Shown piece by piece: positions 8,567 to 17,853 of a stretch of 64,000 bases of DNA. The DNA lies in contig JALOTA010000027.1 in NCBI GenBank assembly GCA_025458125.1, forward strand, positions 1,874 through 65,873, written 5' to 3'. How positions within the stretch are numbered: the stretch's first letter is position 1; the number at the start of each line of letters is the position of its first letter. Below the pieces are notes generated by a model. That model had not been told where the DNA came from. It searched no databases and worked only from the letters and a program-made list of their open reading frames with translations. The stretch is from Hyphomicrobium sp. GTDB lineage: Bacteria; Pseudomonadota; Alphaproteobacteria; Rhizobiales; Hyphomicrobiaceae. A program made the position numbers and the translations under genes.

Positions 8567-10069
8567 TCAGCTCGGGACCTTCGCAATCACCGGAGAACGG
8601 CGCTTGCCGCCCGTGGGGAACTCGTCCGGCGTATGGCCGTCCGGCAGCCCGTGCTCGTCGATAAAGGCCAACCGGATCATGTTGGTCGCGCCCGGCGACC
8701 CGAGCGGAACGCCTGCCGTGATCACGAGACCTTCCCCCGCCTTCACGAACCCCTCTTCGAACGCGATCTGAGAGGCCTTGCGGACCATATGCGCAAGATC
8801 TTCCGGATCGGCCGTGAGCACCGTTTGCACGCCCCATACGAGGGCCAAACGACGCGCCGTGCTCTCGACGGGCGTGAGCCCGATAACGGGAAGACCCGGC
8901 CTTTCGCGCGCCACGCGCAGGGCCGTCGATCCCGTCGCGGTGTAGCAGAGAATGGCCGAGACCTTGACGGTGTTGGCGATCGCGTAGGCGGCGGCCGCAA
9001 TGGCATCGGCGCCGGTCGGGTGCTTTGAGAATTCGGTCGCGTGAACGAACGCGTCGTAACTTGGGTCGCTTTCAACTTCGAATGCGACGCGGTCCATCAT
9101 CTGGATCGCCTCGATCGGGTATTGGCCGACGGCGGATTCCGCTGACAGCATGACAGCATCGGCTCCATCGAACACGGCGGCGGCGACGTCGGAGACCTCC
9201 GCGCGCGTTGGCATGGGTGAGGAAATCATGCTCTCCAGCATCTGCGTGGCCACAACCACGGGCTTGCCGGCCTCGCGCGCCTTGCGCGTGATCTGCTTCT
9301 GAAGGCCGGGAACGCGTTCCACCGGCATTTCGACGCCCAGGTCGCCACGGGCCACCATGAAGCCGTCGCCGGCGGAAATGATGGCGTCGAGATCGTCAAT
9401 GGCCGACGGCTTCTCGATCTTGACGATCACCGCTGCACGATCACCGATGATGCGCTTGGCCTCGAGCACGTCTTCATGGCGCTGCACGAACGAGAGCGCG
9501 ATCCAATCGGCGCCGATCGCCAGCGAACAATCGAGGTCGGCGTGATCTTTTTCGGTCAGCGCGCTGACGGGAAGCAGCGTATCGGGCAAACTGATGCCCT
9601 TTCGAGAGGCGAGCGCTCCGCCGGTCACGACCGATGCGTGAATCCGGCCTTTCTCCAACTTCGCGACCTTCATGCGGATCTTGCCATCGTCGAGCAGCAG
9701 GAGATGACCGGGAAGGACCGCCTCGAAAATCTGAGGATGTGGCAGGAAAACGCGCTCCGCGCTGCCCGGAGTCTTATCTTGATCGAAGATGAAGGTGGCT
9801 CCGTCGTTGACGAAGACGCGGCCGCCATGGAACTCGCCGAGACGGAATTTCGGCCCCTGGAGATCGCAAAGAATACCGACGGCGTGGCGGCAGCGTTCGG
9901 AGACGGCACGGATCGTCTCGACGTAACCCTTGGCCGCATCGTGGGAGGTATGACTCATGTTGATTCGGAAGACGTCGACGCCGGCATGGACGAGTTTTTC
10001 CACCATATCGGGCGACGAGGATGCTGGCCCGAGGGTGGCGACGATCTTCACGCGGCGTTTGCGTCTCAT
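8567..10069 (-). CDS. pyk: pyruvate kinase
   Basis: 500 aa with VKIVATLGPAS, FRINMSHTSH, MVARGDLGVEMP, VATQMLESM and TRAEVSDVA motifs. Confidence 0.95.
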   Translation of the reverse strand: MRRKRRVKIVATLGPASSSPDMVEKLVHAGVDVFRINMSHTSHDAAKGYVETIRAVSERCRHAVGILCDLQGPKFRLGEFHGGRVFVNDGATFIFDQDKTPGSAERVFLPHPQIFEAVLPGHLLLLDDGKIRMKVAKLEKGRIHASVVTGGALASRKGISLPDTLLPVSALTEKDHADLDCSLAIGADWIALSFVQRHEDVLEAKRIIGDRAAVIVKIEKPSAIDDLDAIISAGDGFMVARGDLGVEMPVERVPGLQKQITRKAREAGKPVVVATQMLESMISSPMPTRAEVSDVAAAVFDGADAVMLSAESAVGQYPIEAIQMMDRVAFEVESDPSYDAFVHATEFSKHPTGADAIAAAAYAIANTVKVSAILCYTATGSTALRVARERPGLPVIGLTPVESTARRLALVWGVQTVLTADPEDLAHMVRKASQIAFEEGFVKAGEGLVITAGVPLGSPGATNMIRLAFIDEHGLPDGHTPDEFPTGGKRRSPVIAKVPS

Positions 10070-10104
10070 GGTCTCTTCTTTTCGGTGCCGCGCAGCGGCT
10101 CATG

Positions 10105-10539
10105 TCATTTCTTGGTGGGTTCGGGATCGGTGAGGCGGATGGTCCACTCCCTGGCATCGCCTGTGTCGACCTCGAAGAAGCCCGTCGCCTTGTAGCCGCG
10201 GGAGGCGCAATCCTGAACCCCCCTGATCGTGAAAGACTTCTCTCCGGTGCACATCTCGCTCTTACCTGCCCATTCGCCGCCACGGTCGTAGTCGACCGCA
10301 TGGACATAGATGAACCGGCTCGGTACCGCACCCTTGAGCAGCGTCTCACAGGTCTGCGAGGCGATGTTCCACCAGCCCTCCGTGGCCCAACCCTCGTTGT
10401 CCTGGTAGCCGATGGCAACGCCGACGCGGCTTGCCGTCGAGTTGCACAGTTTCAGGTCGGCCGCCGCCGGGGTCGCGATCAGAAGCACCGAGGCAGCGCC
10501 AACGGTGCGGCTGAGTTTTTGGCGGCGGCACGACAACAT
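10105..10539 (-). CDS. DUF1036-domain secreted protein
   Basis: I start at MLSCRRQKLSRTVGAASVLLIATPAAA (signal peptide), followed by DLKLCNSTASRVGVAIGYQDNEGWATEGWWNI..C. DUF1036 adjacent to pyk is a common alphaproteobacterial arrangement. The track's longer start would run into the neighbouring gene. Confidence 0.7.
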   Translation of the reverse strand: MLSCRRQKLSRTVGAASVLLIATPAAADLKLCNSTASRVGVAIGYQDNEGWATEGWWNIASQTCETLLKGAVPSRFIYVHAVDYDRGGEWAGKSEMCTGEKSFTIRGVQDCASRGYKATGFFEVDTGDAREWTIRLTDPEPTKK

Positions 10540-10655
10540 CGCAGTACGGGACTTTCTCGCAAATCTCGACGGCAAACTGCCTAGCACGGCACGTTGCCTG
10601 CCGACAGAGATGCCGGGGTCGCGCCCCATGGCCCGGGTGTTGCCCTGGTCAAGCC

Positions 10656-11951
10656 TCAGGGGTCGACCAGTAACACACGGAAATCGTTGACGTTCGTCTG
10701 TGTCGGCCCGCATTCGAGGAGGTCGCCGATCGCACGGAAGAACGCCGTCGAGTCGTTATTCGCCAGCATTGCGGCGGGGTCGAGGTTTTTTGCCCGGGCG
10801 CGGGCGAGTGTGCCCGGGTCGGCGATGGCCCCGGCCGGATCGTCTGGGTTGCCGCCGCCGCCGTCGATACCATCGGTATCGCCGGCCAGCGCAGAAATTC
10901 CCGATGCGCCGTCAAGGCCCAGAGCAACGCCCATCATGTATTCCTGGTTAGGGCCGCCCGCGCCGTTCCCGGTCACCGTCACCGTGAATTCGCCGCCGGA
11001 AATGAATGCCACCCTCTCGCCCCGGGCCTTGGCCGCAAGGGCCAGAGCGGCGTGCTGCCGTCCGACTTCGCGCGCCTCGCCTTCCAGGCTGTCACCCAGC
11101 ATCTCGATCCTGTAGCCGGCTGCGCGGGCTATCTCCGCCGCGCCCTGCAACGACGCCTTCGGCGCGGCGACGAGGTAATAGGTGGCGTTGGCGAGCTTTG
11201 CATCGCCGGGTTTCAGGGTTTCGTTGCTCGGATCGGAAAGGGCTCGCACGATTTCCTCGGCGGCATTGATCCGGTAGCTGGCAATGACATCGCGGGCCTC
11301 TGCGAGCGTCGTGCCGTCGGGCACCGTCGGCCCCGAGCCGATCGCATCCGGATCGTCGCCTGGAACGTCGGAGATGGCCAGTGTGATGAGCCGTGCCGGA
11401 TAGGAGGCCGCCGCCAGACGTCCGCCCTTGATGCGCGACAGGTGCTTTCTGACGCAGTTCATTTCAGAAATGCGCGCGCCCGATTTCAGAAGCTGCTTGG
11501 TCAGGGCGCGCTTGGCCTCGAACGATACGCCCTCGACCGGTGCCGACCACAGCGCCGAGGCGCCGCCCGACAGGAGGCAGAGAACGAGATCGTTCGGCCC
11601 GCCGGATTTGGCGAGCTGCACGGCGAATTTGGCGGACGCCACCGAATTGGCGTCGGGTACGGGATGCCCGGCCTCCATGATCGGGATGATTTCGGATGGC
11701 AGGCCGTAGCCGTGGCGCGTGGTCACGAAGCCGAGCAGCCGGTCGCCCTGTCCCTTGGCGGCGTAGTGCTTCTCGGTCGCCCGCGCCATTGCGGCGGCTG
11801 CCTTGCCCGCTCCAACGATAATGATACGCCCGCCGTCCGGCACATCCGGCAGGAATGGCGGCACGCAGACGTCGGGATGGGCGAGCGACACGGCCTTGTC
11901 GTACATCACGCGAAGCAATCGGCGCTGCTCAGCCGTGTCGATCGAGGCCAT
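10656..11951 (-). CDS. glycerate 2-kinase / hydroxypyruvate-reductase-like protein (DUF4147 + MOFRL, TtuD type)
   Basis: The start is MASIDTAEQRRLL (ATG 11951). Motifs include IIIVGAGKAAAAMA, TRHGYG, EAGHPVPD, LLSGGASAL, ISDVPGDD and FISGGEFTVTV..GGPNQE...DTDGIDG. Confidence 0.85.
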   Translation of the reverse strand: MASIDTAEQRRLLRVMYDKAVSLAHPDVCVPPFLPDVPDGGRIIIVGAGKAAAAMARATEKHYAAKGQGDRLLGFVTTRHGYGLPSEIIPIMEAGHPVPDANSVASAKFAVQLAKSGGPNDLVLCLLSGGASALWSAPVEGVSFEAKRALTKQLLKSGARISEMNCVRKHLSRIKGGRLAAASYPARLITLAISDVPGDDPDAIGSGPTVPDGTTLAEARDVIASYRINAAEEIVRALSDPSNETLKPGDAKLANATYYLVAAPKASLQGAAEIARAAGYRIEMLGDSLEGEAREVGRQHAALALAAKARGERVAFISGGEFTVTVTGNGAGGPNQEYMMGVALGLDGASGISALAGDTDGIDGGGGNPDDPAGAIADPGTLARARAKNLDPAAMLANNDSTAFFRAIGDLLECGPTQTNVNDFRVLLVDP

Positions 11952-12102
11952 GTCGGGTTCCGTTCGCTGATGGGGAGATTTCGACTTTCGTCGTGTTTGG
12001 GGGATGCCTCTCACGGCGTCAAGCGGCCAACCGTCGCTCATCGGGTAGGCTTTGGCGCGAACCTCGTGTTAATCACGGGGCAGGGGTGAAGGGCGGACGG
12101 CC

Positions 12103-12906
12103 GTGCAGAGGGAAAACTCTGAAGCGTTTAGGATAATCGGAGCCGAGCGGATCGGGTCCTCGCCGATCCTGCTGGTCTGCGACCATGCCTCGAATGCTGT
12201 CCCGGCCGAATACGGCGGTCTGGGACTCCCGGCCGCGGAATTTGAGCGGCACATCGCCTGGGACCCGGGCGCGGCGCTGCTCACCGAAGCGCTCGGCTCG
12301 CGGCTTTCCGCTCCCGCCGTCCTCTCGTGCTTTTCGCGCCTGCTGATCGACCCCAACCGCGGCACCGACGATCCCACCCTCGTCATGCGCCTGTCGGACG
12401 GCACGATCGTCCCGGGCAACCGGCATGTGACCCGGACAGAGATCGAGGCCCGGATCGCGCGTTTCCATGATCCCTATCATCGGGCTATCGAGCAGGCCAT
12501 CGAGCACGCGCTGGCCCTGGGGACCGGACCGGCGCTCATCTCTCTGCATACGTTCACGCCGGTCTGGCGCGGCACCCCGAGACCCTGGCACGCAGGTATT
12601 CTTTGGGACCGGGACGACCGTCTCGCGCGTATCTTTCTCGCCGGACTCCGCGCAGATCCGGATCTCGTCATAGGTGACAACCAACCCTATCATGGGCGGC
12701 TTGAGAACGACTGCATGCACCGGCACGGTACGTCGCGCGGTCTCGCGCACGTCCTCATCGAAGTGCGCAACGATCTGCTCGCGACCGCTGAGGGCATCGC
12801 ACAGTGGTGCGACCGCATCGCCGGCATACTGGAAGAAGCGCTTGCCGACAGCGGCGCGCGGATGATGATCGGGCAAGTGAGGCTTCCCTTAGCCCGTGCG
12901 GAGTGA
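12103..12906 (+). CDS. N-formylglutamate amidohydrolase (PF05013) family protein, second paralog
   Basis: 267 aa with a GTG start. Motifs: LLVCDHASNAVP, SRLLIDPNRG, ISLHTFTP and HVLIEVRNDL. Confidence 0.8.
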   Translation: MQRENSEAFRIIGAERIGSSPILLVCDHASNAVPAEYGGLGLPAAEFERHIAWDPGAALLTEALGSRLSAPAVLSCFSRLLIDPNRGTDDPTLVMRLSDGTIVPGNRHVTRTEIEARIARFHDPYHRAIEQAIEHALALGTGPALISLHTFTPVWRGTPRPWHAGILWDRDDRLARIFLAGLRADPDLVIGDNQPYHGRLENDCMHRHGTSRGLAHVLIEVRNDLLATAEGIAQWCDRIAGILEEALADSGARMMIGQVRLPLARAE

Positions 12907-12944
12907 GGGCGGCGGCAGCGGCGGGGAAAACAAGGAGAGCGAAC

Positions 12945-13421
12945 GTGACAGCGAAAAACACGATCTGCCTCTGGTACGACAAGGACGCGGAAGCTGCGGC
13001 GCGGTTCTACACGGCAACATTTCCCGGCAGTGCCCTCGGCGCCATCTACCGGGCGCCCAGTGACTACCCCTCCGGCAAGGCGGGCGACGTTCTGACCGTC
13101 GCATTCACAGTGGCCGGCATTCCCTGCATTGGCCTCAACGGCGGACCCGCCTTTCGGCACAACGAGGCTTTTTCATTCCAGATCGCCACCGACGACCAGG
13201 AAGAAACCGACCGCTACTGGAATGCCATCGTCGGCAACGGGGGACACGAGAGCGCCTGCGGGTGGTGCCGGGACCGGTGGGGCATCTCATGGCAGATCAC
13301 ACCGCGTGCCCTGACCGATGCCCTCGCCGCCGGCGGAGACGAAGCCAGGCGGGCCTTCGAGGCCATGATGGGCATGACGAAGATCGACGTCGCCGCGATC
13401 GAAGCGGCAAGGCGGGGGTGA
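12945..13421 (+). CDS. VOC-superfamily protein (PhnB-like; 3-demethylubiquinone-9 3-methyltransferase-domain family)
   Basis: GTG at 12945 follows AAGGAGAG (12932..12939). The sequence reads TAKNTICLWYDKDAEAAARFYTATFPGS......VLTVAFTVAGIPCIGLNGGP.F.HNEAFSFQI..DDQEETDRYWNAI. Confidence 0.7.
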   Translation: MTAKNTICLWYDKDAEAAARFYTATFPGSALGAIYRAPSDYPSGKAGDVLTVAFTVAGIPCIGLNGGPAFRHNEAFSFQIATDDQEETDRYWNAIVGNGGHESACGWCRDRWGISWQITPRALTDALAAGGDEARRAFEAMMGMTKIDVAAIEAARRG

Positions 13422-13502
13422 GTGATCTGGGAGCCGGCCGCCCGGAGGAGAAGCTCTGATGCGCCGGGCGACTCCCCTGCGGGGAGCCGGCCGCCCGGCG
13501 GG

Positions 13503-14231
13503 TTAGAGCTTCAGGTCCGCACCGCGAAGCTGATAGAGCATCAGGGCTGTTGCGACGGCGAGGTTGAGGCTGTCGAGTTTACCGGCCATGGGAATCTTGA
13601 CGTTGCGCGTCGCGATTGCGGCGAGCGCTTCTGAAAGGCCGGGGCCTTCACTGCCCATCATCAAAAGTACGGGCATCCGGTAGTTCGCCTTACGGAAATC
13701 CTCGCGCGCGGCGAGCGTCGTCGCGACCACATCGCCAGACCAGCGCGGCACCCACGTCAGGAATGCCTCGCGACTGGCGGCCACGAGCGGCACGTTGAAG
13801 ATCGAGCCCATCGTCGCGCGAACGGATTCGCGGGAATAGGGGTCGGTGCATTGACCGGCGAGGATCACGCCCGACGCGCCGACCGCGTCCGCCGTGCGGA
13901 TGATGGTGCCAAGGTTGCCGGGATCGCGCACGTCCTCCAGGACGAGCCATACCGATTTCTGCGGCAGTTCTTTCACGTCGGGCAGATCCACCCATTGCTG
14001 CCGGAAGACGGCAAGCATGCTCTGCGGGTTTTCCTTCGCGGCGAGTTTTTCCAGAACCGCCGAGGACACTTCGAGCACTTCAGCGCCGCCGTCGAGCACA
14101 GCATTGACCAGGCGCTTCTGTCTGTCCGTCTCGAGCGCGCCGGCGCGATAAACCAGCGTTTGCGGGCTGAAACCGGCGGCTTTCACGCGATCGTTGGTGA
14201 GACTCGTGATGGGCTTTACGGTCCGCGTCAT
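13503..14231 (-). CDS. TrmH/SpoU-family RNA 2'-O-methyltransferase
   Basis: Start at MTRTVKPITSLTNDRVK (ATG 14231). SpoU motifs are present: LEDVRDPGNLGTIIRTADA, LLMMGSEGPGLS, IPMAGKLDSLNLAVATALMLY. ATGA start/stop overlap with the upstream gene (14228..14231). Confidence 0.85.
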   Translation of the reverse strand: MTRTVKPITSLTNDRVKAAGFSPQTLVYRAGALETDRQKRLVNAVLDGGAEVLEVSSAVLEKLAAKENPQSMLAVFRQQWVDLPDVKELPQKSVWLVLEDVRDPGNLGTIIRTADAVGASGVILAGQCTDPYSRESVRATMGSIFNVPLVAASREAFLTWVPRWSGDVVATTLAAREDFRKANYRMPVLLMMGSEGPGLSEALAAIATRNVKIPMAGKLDSLNLAVATALMLYQLRGADLKL

Positions 14232-15193
14232 GGGCTGGACACCCAGCGCGTAAAGAGAGACGTCGGCACGGCAAAGCCGCCCCTGGCGCGAATGGCCAGT
14301 TCGCCCGTGTGGAATTGCCCTCCCCTCGATTTCAACGTATCGCGCATGAGTTGATCGAACGCCAAGGCGGACGCGCGGATCGCATAGACCGTGAGGATCA
14401 TGGAGGACTGCCTGGGGTCGAGAAGCTTTGCGCAATCGCCGAGAAACACAGGCAGGTTCGTGAACAGGTCCCACACCTCGCCTTCGGGACCACGGCCGAA
14501 CTTCGGCGGGTCGACCAGTATCACGTGATAGGTCTTGCCGCGCCGGGCCTCGCGGGCGACGAACTTTGCCGCATCGTCGAGAATCCAGCGGATCTTGGCA
14601 GCATCGAGCTTGGAAGCCGTCTGATTTTCGCGGCCCCAGGCGATCGCTTTCTTCGACGCATCGAGATGCGTGACCTCGGCGCCCGCCGCCGCAGCAAGCA
14701 GGCTTGCCGCGCCCGTATAGGCAAACAGGTTCAAGACGCGCGGCGGCCCTTCCTTCACCGCCGCGATCCGATCCAGCATCCATTGCCAGTGCGGGACCTG
14801 CTCAGGGAAAAGACCGAGATGCCAGAGGCCCTGGAGCTTGAGGAGAAGTTTGATATTCGCGCCCTCCGTCCGGCTCGCCGCAGGCACGTCGGAGGGCGAA
14901 TTTGCAGACAAGGACAGCCTGATCGGCCAGCTTTCGGGGACGGTTCTATCGATGCGCCAGCGGCCTTTTTCCTCATCCTCGGCAGAGGCGGAGAAGACCG
15001 CATGAGCCTTGGCCCATTCGGCCTTCGGGAGCCGGGGCGCCCACAGGGCCTGCGGCTCGGGGCGATCGACGATGATGGCGCCGAAGCGTTCCAGCTTGCG
15101 GCCCCCGCCACTGTCGAGAAGCGCGTAATCGGCAAAGCCTTCCGTCTCGACGAGGTCGATGCGGGGAGGAACGGCCGCGGGATTGTGAGACAT
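14228..15193 (-). CDS. class I SAM-dependent (rRNA large-subunit RlmI/RlmK-like) methyltransferase
   Basis: Motifs VLNLFAYTGAASLLAAAAGAEVTHLDASKKAI and ILVDPPKFGRG. The start is ambiguous: ATG at 15193, 15202 or 15232, none with a clear SD. Confidence 0.75.
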   Translation of the reverse strand: MSHNPAAVPPRIDLVETEGFADYALLDSGGGRKLERFGAIIVDRPEPQALWAPRLPKAEWAKAHAVFSASAEDEEKGRWRIDRTVPESWPIRLSLSANSPSDVPAASRTEGANIKLLLKLQGLWHLGLFPEQVPHWQWMLDRIAAVKEGPPRVLNLFAYTGAASLLAAAAGAEVTHLDASKKAIAWGRENQTASKLDAAKIRWILDDAAKFVAREARRGKTYHVILVDPPKFGRGPEGEVWDLFTNLPVFLGDCAKLLDPRQSSMILTVYAIRASALAFDQLMRDTLKSRGGQFHTGELAIRARGGFAVPTSLFTRWVSSP

Positions 15194-15277
15194 GACAGGC
15201 ATCGGCCCGCGACCTAGCACGTTCGCGGCCATGTGGGCAGGGGTCGGAAGCTTCGTCGCGAGATCGAACCGCTCCGT

Positions 15278-16996
15278 TCAGCGGCCGTCGTATCCGCCCC
15301 GGCCGTCATCCCAGCCGCTGCGAGGCGGCGGTCCGCCATACCTGTCGTCCTCGAAGCGGCCCGACAGCAGCGGCCCGATGCGGCGAACGGCGATGCGGCG
15401 GTTGGCGCGCTCGGGGCCATCGGTTGGAATTTTCAGCTGTTCCTCGCCATAACCCTGCGTGACGAGGTTCTCGGGCGGAACGCCGTAATCGATGGTCAGG
15501 ATCTCGGCTACCGACTGCGCGCGGCGATCGGACAGGGTCAGATTGTCTTCCTCGGATCCGACTGCGTCGGTGTGGCCTTCGATCATGACGATCTCGTCGG
15601 GGTTGCGTTCGAGCACGCGCAGAATGCCGTTGGCGAGGCGGTCGAGCGCGCGGGCCTGATCCGGGCCGACCTCCCACGAACCGAAATCGAACGTCACGGT
15701 ATCCAGATCGATGCGGCGCATCCGGTCGCGCAAATTGCGGGAATAGCGAATTTCCTCGAGCGAGTAGCCGCGGTCGAGGCGATCGACGGGCGGAGCGATC
15801 AGAGCCTCGTAGAGGTCGTCCTCCGAAGCACGGCCGTAATCGACGATGTACTCGTCGCGCGGTATGCGAACGTCCGGTGCGGCCAAGGCAATGGCGCTCC
15901 CGACCAGCAAGCCAATGCCGGCGCCGATGAGAACGTCGCGCGTGCGATTATCGTCGCGGCGGTAATAGCGACGGTTGTCGATGAGGACAACTTCACGACC
16001 ATCGGGATAACGCCTGTAGCGATACAGAAGACGTCCGTGACGGTCCGTGACGTCATAGATGCGGACACCACCGCGGCGGGTCATGAACGTTGTCTGCGTG
16101 CCGTCGGCGCGGCGGATCGTGCGAGCATCAGGCGCGATCCGGCGGAAACGCTCCGACTCGTCGTGCCGGATAAAGATGCGATCGTTCTGCTTGACGATCA
16201 CGCGCCGGTCCGGTTCCTCGATGAGGCGCACCTTACCGTCGGCGACGGTGCGCTCGCGGCGCTTCTGCTTCAGTTCCTCGAAACTGCGCGGGCGGCGCGG
16301 ATCGAGGCGATAGCTCCGGCGCACGTCCTCTTTCGCGACAGGCGGCGTGGCGAGCGGATTGCCCCGCGGGGATGCAACCGGCGGCTGTGCGACGGAGGGA
16401 AATGTACCACCGCCCGCCGGCCGCTCGATCTTACGGAAAACGTCCCGCGGCATTCCCGGTTTGCCGGTTTCCGTCGGCGTCTGGACCTGGTCGGGCGTCG
16501 TGACTGTCTTGTCTCGACTTTCTGAACGAACAGGCCCGCGCTCCGCCTCGCGCTTCTGGCGCTTCTGCTCTTCGAGCTGACGCGCCTTCTGCTCGTCCTG
16601 TTCGCGGGCTGCGCGTTCGATTTCTTCCTGGCGCCGCTGCTGCTCCGCCTCGCGCTTCTGGCGCCGCTCCTCGATGTTCTTCTGCTTCTCGAAAGTACGT
16701 TCCTGATTGCCCTCGGTCTGTTGGTTCAAACGCTGCTGCTGGCGTTCGCGCTGCTCCTCGCGCAACTTTTGTTTCTGCTCCTCTTTGGCTTCGAACCTCT
16801 GACGCCGGCCTGCGTCCGGCGCGTCTTGCTGAACAGGCTGTGATTCTGGAGGGACGAGCTTGGGCTTGGGGGGCGCTTCCTGTGCGGCGGGCGGCGGGTC
16901 CGGTTCCTGTTGCGCTTCGACGCCGTGAAGGGGTGCCGCCGCAGCAGCTACGACAAGCATGAGAAAGGCAAGCCGGCGCTGATCGTGCGACATCAA
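15278..16996 (-). CDS. OmpA-family protein with a long charged low-complexity region
   Basis: 572 aa. Signal peptide (MMSHDQRRLAFLMLVVAAAAAPLHG), then a region of roughly 130 aa rich in E/Q/R/K. The C-terminal OmpA_C domain reads IEGHTDAVGSEEDNLTLSDRRAQSVAEIL...GYGEEQL...GPERANRRIAV. Confidence 0.85.
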   Translation of the reverse strand: MMSHDQRRLAFLMLVVAAAAAPLHGVEAQQEPDPPPAAQEAPPKPKLVPPESQPVQQDAPDAGRRQRFEAKEEQKQKLREEQRERQQQRLNQQTEGNQERTFEKQKNIEERRQKREAEQQRRQEEIERAAREQDEQKARQLEEQKRQKREAERGPVRSESRDKTVTTPDQVQTPTETGKPGMPRDVFRKIERPAGGGTFPSVAQPPVASPRGNPLATPPVAKEDVRRSYRLDPRRPRSFEELKQKRRERTVADGKVRLIEEPDRRVIVKQNDRIFIRHDESERFRRIAPDARTIRRADGTQTTFMTRRGGVRIYDVTDRHGRLLYRYRRYPDGREVVLIDNRRYYRRDDNRTRDVLIGAGIGLLVGSAIALAAPDVRIPRDEYIVDYGRASEDDLYEALIAPPVDRLDRGYSLEEIRYSRNLRDRMRRIDLDTVTFDFGSWEVGPDQARALDRLANGILRVLERNPDEIVMIEGHTDAVGSEEDNLTLSDRRAQSVAEILTIDYGVPPENLVTQGYGEEQLKIPTDGPERANRRIAVRRIGPLLSGRFEDDRYGGPPPRSGWDDGRGGYDGR

Positions 16997-17084
16997 TCGT
17001 CCCCTGGAACACGCAGTCGTTCGAAGCCGCTTTTAGGCGTCGAATTGCGGCACGGTGAAGATGATTTCGAGCCGTTTGCGCGGC

Positions 17085-17609
17085 TCAGGCGCCGCGATTG
17101 AATCGCCACATCCGGACGAAGGTTTCCGTGATCTCAGCCGGTGGCCGGTCGAGAACATCGAGCGGTATCCTTATCTCTGTGCGCGATTCCAATCGCCAGG
17201 GCAGACGCATGGCCCGGCGCAGTAATGGACGCATCCGCCAATCGGCCAACAGACATTCCTGAATGGGCTTCTTCAGACCGATGACGAGATCCAGGGAATT
17301 GCCGGTCCGCTCGACCAGGTCGATGGTTTCGATACGGTCTATGGCGCGCCACGATACGAGGCCCAGGCCCTCGATAAAGAGACCGTACTGGCCCGAACCG
17401 ATGCGCGGGCGGCCGCGCTCGAGAAGCGGCAGGTTGTAATAGGCAACGGCGGCGGGCAACAGACCGACCACGGCGAGTATCGGCATGCCCTTGACGACGC
17501 CTGCCGCGATCAGCGCGACGGCCATGGCCGTCATCGCATAGATTGGAAATTGCATGTCCTCCTGTTCGTAGCCGATGGTGTAGCCGACGATTTCCGTGTC
17601 CGAAGGCAT
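17085..17609 (-). CDS. hypothetical membrane protein (two predicted TM helices plus a soluble C-terminal domain)
   Basis: 174 aa with hydrophobic stretches (IYAMTAMAVALIAAGVV and ILAVVGLLPAAVAYY). I recognise no family. Coding is inferred from ORF length and fit to the intergenic spacing. Confidence 0.5.
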   Translation of the reverse strand: MPSDTEIVGYTIGYEQEDMQFPIYAMTAMAVALIAAGVVKGMPILAVVGLLPAAVAYYNLPLLERGRPRIGSGQYGLFIEGLGLVSWRAIDRIETIDLVERTGNSLDLVIGLKKPIQECLLADWRMRPLLRRAMRLPWRLESRTEIRIPLDVLDRPPAEITETFVRMWRFNRGA

Positions 17610-17853
17610 GTCGCTGTCGCTCGCGGTTCTCTGTCATGCGCGCCGGACGGCCGGGAGTGAGGCCGCAGCTGCGCGATAGAAGATAGCGATCGAAGCCATC
17701 GGAACGGGAAAAATGCAAGCGCGGTCGGCAGGTGCGCGTCGCATCGGACGCGTGGCACTGCGTTGCGGTCACGCAATCAACCAGCACTGCCAACGATTGC
17801 AGCAATGCCCATAGAGCGCTGACTAATTTTCGCGCGAAACGAACGGAAGCCTG

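Noticed and set aside
13503-14783. N-terminal over-extensions in the ORF track. Examples: 13503..14783, 29930..31297, 32678..34588, 50385..51311, 36053..37378, 37269..38162, 10105..10713, 18999..20111.
   Set aside because: The extended parts are low-complexity Arg/Pro-rich, overlap neighbouring genes or intergenic signals, and precede an internal Met or Val that matches the family's usual N-terminus, often with an RBS-like motif. Internal starts were used instead. The exact starts remain unverified.
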